From: Poseidonia sp.
Lineage (GTDB): Archaea; Thermoplasmatota; Poseidoniia; Poseidoniales; Poseidoniaceae
Direction of reading: 5' to 3'
Assembly (NCBI GenBank): GCA_016778305.1
Contig: JADHPT010000002.1
Location: 3,649 to 67,648 of the forward strand
DNA length: 64,000 nucleotides
This document shows positions 61,052-64,000 of this stretch, one piece after another. Positions within the stretch are counted from its first letter, which is position 1. Every line of letters starts with the position of its first letter. Both the position numbers and the translations under genes were made by a program. The notes beneath the pieces are model-generated. The model made no database searches. It was not told the DNA's origin and worked only from the letters and a program-made list of their open reading frames with translations.

Positions 61052-61639
61052 TCACAATCCTGGGTCTTTGGTATGCGCCTTAAGACCAATGAGCGCCATG
61101 CCGATGAGGGTTCCGATGAGCCCTATGTTGACGACTGAGTTGATGACTGCTGGTTCTGGCAGGGACATGAAGGCCCCTAAATCCCCCGACATAAGTTGCG
61201 GAACCAGACCAACGATCGCCAAAATGATTGGACCGATCATGCCAATGGAAAGAAGGGTTTCAGGGACACCACCTAATTCTTCAATGTATTTTTCGACTTC
61301 TTCGCTACGGTCCTCTTCCATCCGTGCTCCCTGTTTCTTGAGGGTTTCAACCAGATCTGTGTTCTGCGTCACATTGGTGTATAAGGTATTTAGAAGGCGT
61401 TTGTACCCTGCCGATTCAGCGATCTTCATTTGGGATTTGAGTTCGGGACCGAGTCCTCCGCTGTTTCCTTTTCGCAAGCGCTTCATCATGGCAGAAAAAT
61501 CTTCCGAGATGATGCCGTAGCCACCTTTCCCGATGGTGTGAATGGCGGCTTCCAATCCAACACCTGAGGACATGAGAACGTCCATGGTACGAATCACATA
61601 GAGCAGTTCTCTCTTTTCATCGAGTTTGCGCATGTTCAT
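61052..61639 (-). CDS. T2SS-F/TadB-like pilus platform protein
   Basis: LMSSGVGLEAAI...GYGIISEDF; two C-terminal TM helices. Confidence 0.82.
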   Translation of the reverse strand: MNMRKLDEKRELLYVIRTMDVLMSSGVGLEAAIHTIGKGGYGIISEDFSAMMKRLRKGNSGGLGPELKSQMKIAESAGYKRLLNTLYTNVTQNTDLVETLKKQGARMEEDRSEEVEKYIEELGGVPETLLSIGMIGPIILAIVGLVPQLMSGDLGAFMSLPEPAVINSVVNIGLIGTLIGMALIGLKAHTKDPGL

Positions 61640-61646
61640 CGGCCTC

Positions 61647-62000
61647 TCAAATCACGTCTTCAAGCAACTCAAAATGGAAGGTTTCATTCGAACTGTCATA
61701 CTCCATGACGGCAAAAATAACTTTGACATCCCGTTCTTCAAAGGGGTCGTGAATGTAGGGTTGTCCCGTTCGGAACATTGCAACAATTCGCTTGTAGTCT
61801 TCCATTGAAAGTTCGCCGTTCACGGTGTAGAGGGTTGATTCAGAACCCTCATCATGAAGGTCGTCGCCTTCTTGTCCGCGAATCACTGTTCGGGTCAAAC
61901 GACGGGTCATTCGAATTTTGATATCCGCATTTGGTATGCGAACCCAATCTGAACTTGATGTCCCAGAAGCGGGACGGATGAAGAAATCCATTCCTGACAT
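61647..62000 (-). CDS. Small hypothetical protein, possibly phage tail-tube/Mu DNA-circularisation N-terminal-like fold
   Basis: 117 aa; RRLTRTVIRGQEGDDLHDEGSESTLYTVNG...IHDPF pattern. Confidence 0.65.
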   Translation of the reverse strand: MSGMDFFIRPASGTSSSDWVRIPNADIKIRMTRRLTRTVIRGQEGDDLHDEGSESTLYTVNGELSMEDYKRIVAMFRTGQPYIHDPFEERDVKVIFAVMEYDSSNETFHFELLEDVI

Positions 62001-62054
62001 ATTGACCCCTACTCTTTGCACAGCATGAGAGGGACTTCAATGTGTTGGACTGAT

Positions 62055-62966
62055 TTACTCGTTGGATGCAAGTCTGAACCAGCCAAATCTTGGTTCTTCA
62101 AGTTGCCCTGACTCGAGCAATTCTTCCAATATAGACTCCGCTTGCTCACGAAGATAGCCTCGTGCTGCAGCGTTCTTCAAGAGGGTGTCAAAGTCAACAC
62201 CTTCGCCTTGGTCCAATTGTTGAATCGCTTGCCTCAGGAACGATGTGAGCTCTTCGCCTGCATCTCCAGACCCTTCTTCCCCAGTGGGGAGTGACATCAC
62301 CGGTGGTGCGGTAGTGGCTGCTTCAATTCGCCCCTCAGCAATGTCAAGTGCTTGCATTAAGTTAAGTTTGAATGGTTCAAGATCAATTTCGCCATAGTGG
62401 TTTCGAGCAGCCAAAAGACTCGTATCGAGTTTCTGCCGCCCGTATGCCTCCATGGTCGGTTCTATTTCAAGCGATGACGTATAGGCATTCATCCGCTCCA
62501 TGGTGCTTTCACATGCATCCAACAGCCAGTTTGCATACACCTCTCGAGAGACTACACAAGCTTCTTCTGGACGAAGCGAAGTATAGACTGCCCCCTCGTC
62601 GGTTTGGTACCAACGGGACTTTGCAGTCATCATGACGAGCAAGGGCTCACCATCATCAATTCGCTCAACCCATTGGTGTGACAATTCCCTCATCATTTCC
62701 GAGTTATAATCCCCTACTGAGAAGTAATGGAGTCCGGTTGGATCACGGAGTTGCCCCTGAAACAGCGTTGAGCCATTGCTGGTCTCACGCAATTCGAGCC
62801 GCTCAAGAAGACCGGCTGCAACGACGCGATTGACTTTTGCACCAAGCTTGGTAATGACAAAAGACGGGTCATATTCGCCTGACCCTTTCTCGTGAAGGGT
62901 TGAACTGCCAAATTCAGAAGCGAGGAGAAGATGGGCAGGTTGACGCTGAATTCGTCGTGACTCCAT
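62055..62966 (-). CDS. RPA-associated OB-fold protein with C-terminal winged helix (RPA2/Rpap-like)
   Basis: GAKVNRVVAAG, LRDPTG, SLRPE, ELLESGQLEEPRFG; TGATG coupling to the upstream RPA gene. Confidence 0.82.
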   Translation of the reverse strand: MESRRIQRQPAHLLLASEFGSSTLHEKGSGEYDPSFVITKLGAKVNRVVAAGLLERLELRETSNGSTLFQGQLRDPTGLHYFSVGDYNSEMMRELSHQWVERIDDGEPLLVMMTAKSRWYQTDEGAVYTSLRPEEACVVSREVYANWLLDACESTMERMNAYTSSLEIEPTMEAYGRQKLDTSLLAARNHYGEIDLEPFKLNLMQALDIAEGRIEAATTAPPVMSLPTGEEGSGDAGEELTSFLRQAIQQLDQGEGVDFDTLLKNAAARGYLREQAESILEELLESGQLEEPRFGWFRLASNE

Positions 62967-64000
62967 CAAGCCCACCCCCAAAGTACTCTCAATTCAGACG
63001 ACCGCATTTGAGCGTCCGACTCAACAATTTCAAGGCCGTCGCTTAGAACCATTGCTCCTTGGTCATCAACGATACTGCGTCCTGAGACGCTTACGGTGCG
63101 TCCAAGCATTTGTTCACGCAAGTGCTGGACAAAGCCAAGATCGCCCTTGTCCTCCACCATATCGCGCATGGCTTGCTCCGTCATACCGAGCAGAGTAAGA
63201 GTGGCTTCTTTGTTAACCAAGACCGCTGTCGTGGCGCCGGCATGGTCTACGACGAGACGCAGACGAATGTCTTCGTCGCCTTCATTGGCTCCGTGATCAG
63301 CACAACTACCATCGCGAAGGACGCGACGACATTCAGTGCAGCGCAGTATGAATCCTGAATCTTCCCGAACACTGACAACCATTCCCGTCGATTGAATACC
63401 GACACGGCTTGGCCCTTGAACCAAGTCTGAGAGGCTTACTTCGACGGCATGATTGGTCAAATCAAGCCCTTCGTCCCATGGCGTGGAATCGAGAATCTCA
63501 ACCTGGTCTGCTTTGTCCACAGTAATGTCAGGAATACCCTGCCACGCTCGGATGCGGACTCCTTTCAGTTTGACCGTGATCGGAAGAGCGCTTTCGTCGA
63601 AGGGGAGTTCTTCCCAGGCACTCATTCGGCATCGTCCAGAGGGGTCAGCAACTTGACCCGACCCGAGGAATTTCTCTTCCCCGTCACGGGTGAAACTTCG
63701 CTTTGTCCACTCAGTAATTTGAACAACTGCATCGACGTCTCTTGAGCCGTCTCGAAACGATGAGATTGTTTGCATGGTACTTTGAGAGAGGGTGTCGAGG
63801 TCCGAAAATTGAGCGTCATGGTAGATCTCGATACGAGTGGTGCGTCCAAAATTTAATTCGGGGGTATCACGGAAGCTGCGTACTTGTGCACCATCGATTT
63901 TCAGAAGAGTTCCGACTTCATGGTCAAAGGGCTCCCAAGAGAGAAAACCAATGGTTCCCGTTTCATCAGCGATACGGCCGCGAACGACATCAATAGACCC
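62966..64000 (-). CDS. rpa: Replication protein A large subunit (multi-OB + Zn finger), 5' end outside the window
   Basis: Frame open to 64000 (GRIADETGTIGFLSW); second OB VADPSGRCRMSAW; CTEC...CADH zinc finger. Confidence 0.88.
   Translation of the reverse strand, partial: GSIDVVRGRIADETGTIGFLSWEPFDHEVGTLLKIDGAQVRSFRDTPELNFGRTTRIEIYHDAQFSDLDTLSQSTMQTISSFRDGSRDVDAVVQITEWTKRSFTRDGEEKFLGSGQVADPSGRCRMSAWEELPFDESALPITVKLKGVRIRAWQGIPDITVDKADQVEILDSTPWDEGLDLTNHAVEVSLSDLVQGPSRVGIQSTGMVVSVREDSGFILRCTECRRVLRDGSCADHGANEGDEDIRLRLVVDHAGATTAVLVNKEATLTLLGMTEQAMRDMVEDKGDLGFVQHLREQMLGRTVSVSGRSIVDDQGAMVLSDGLEIVESDAQMRSSELRVLWGWA

Noticed and set aside
59066-61639. Archaellum (arlI/arlJ) locus
   Set aside because: No archaellins or arlH/F/G nearby; two short TadB/TadC-type genes fit a pilus system better.
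63775-64000. RPA start at 63775 or a frameshift upstream
   Set aside because: The same frame stays open to the window edge and encodes another OB fold, so the gene simply begins outside the window.

Overview
Gene-dense archaeal core-genome window. Archaeal tpiA, TyrS, L37e/L44e/S27e/aIF2-alpha/Nop10/PAC2, L10e, ABCE1, RPA and an archaeal pilin sit alongside bacterial-type sucCD, purF, etfAB and mutSL; this mix is most consistent with Marine Group II Euryarchaeota (Poseidoniales), by inference. One tRNA-Ser(CGA) is present. I found no CRISPR array, integrase or transposase. Most notable: (1) an AT-rich ~5 kb segment whose left edge seems to fall inside sucD, carrying an intact AEP/PriS-like primase with a C-terminal extension, a GC-rich multi-stem/pseudoknot element, a membrane zinc-finger ORF and an SF2 helicase; (2) a tandem pair of Fe-S PD-(D/E)XK nuclease-OB-fold fusions, one probably starting at ATA; (3) an RPA / RPA-partner / phage-tail-like / TadB / TadC / ATPase gene run that could be a DNA-uptake system; (4) a stand-alone MCM N-terminal domain; (5) a HemC pseudoenzyme; (6) a PIP-box on bacterial-type MutS; (7) a recurrent TTCAWR box 21-23 nt upstream of start codons. 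All calls come from motif recognition by eye; no database searches were run.
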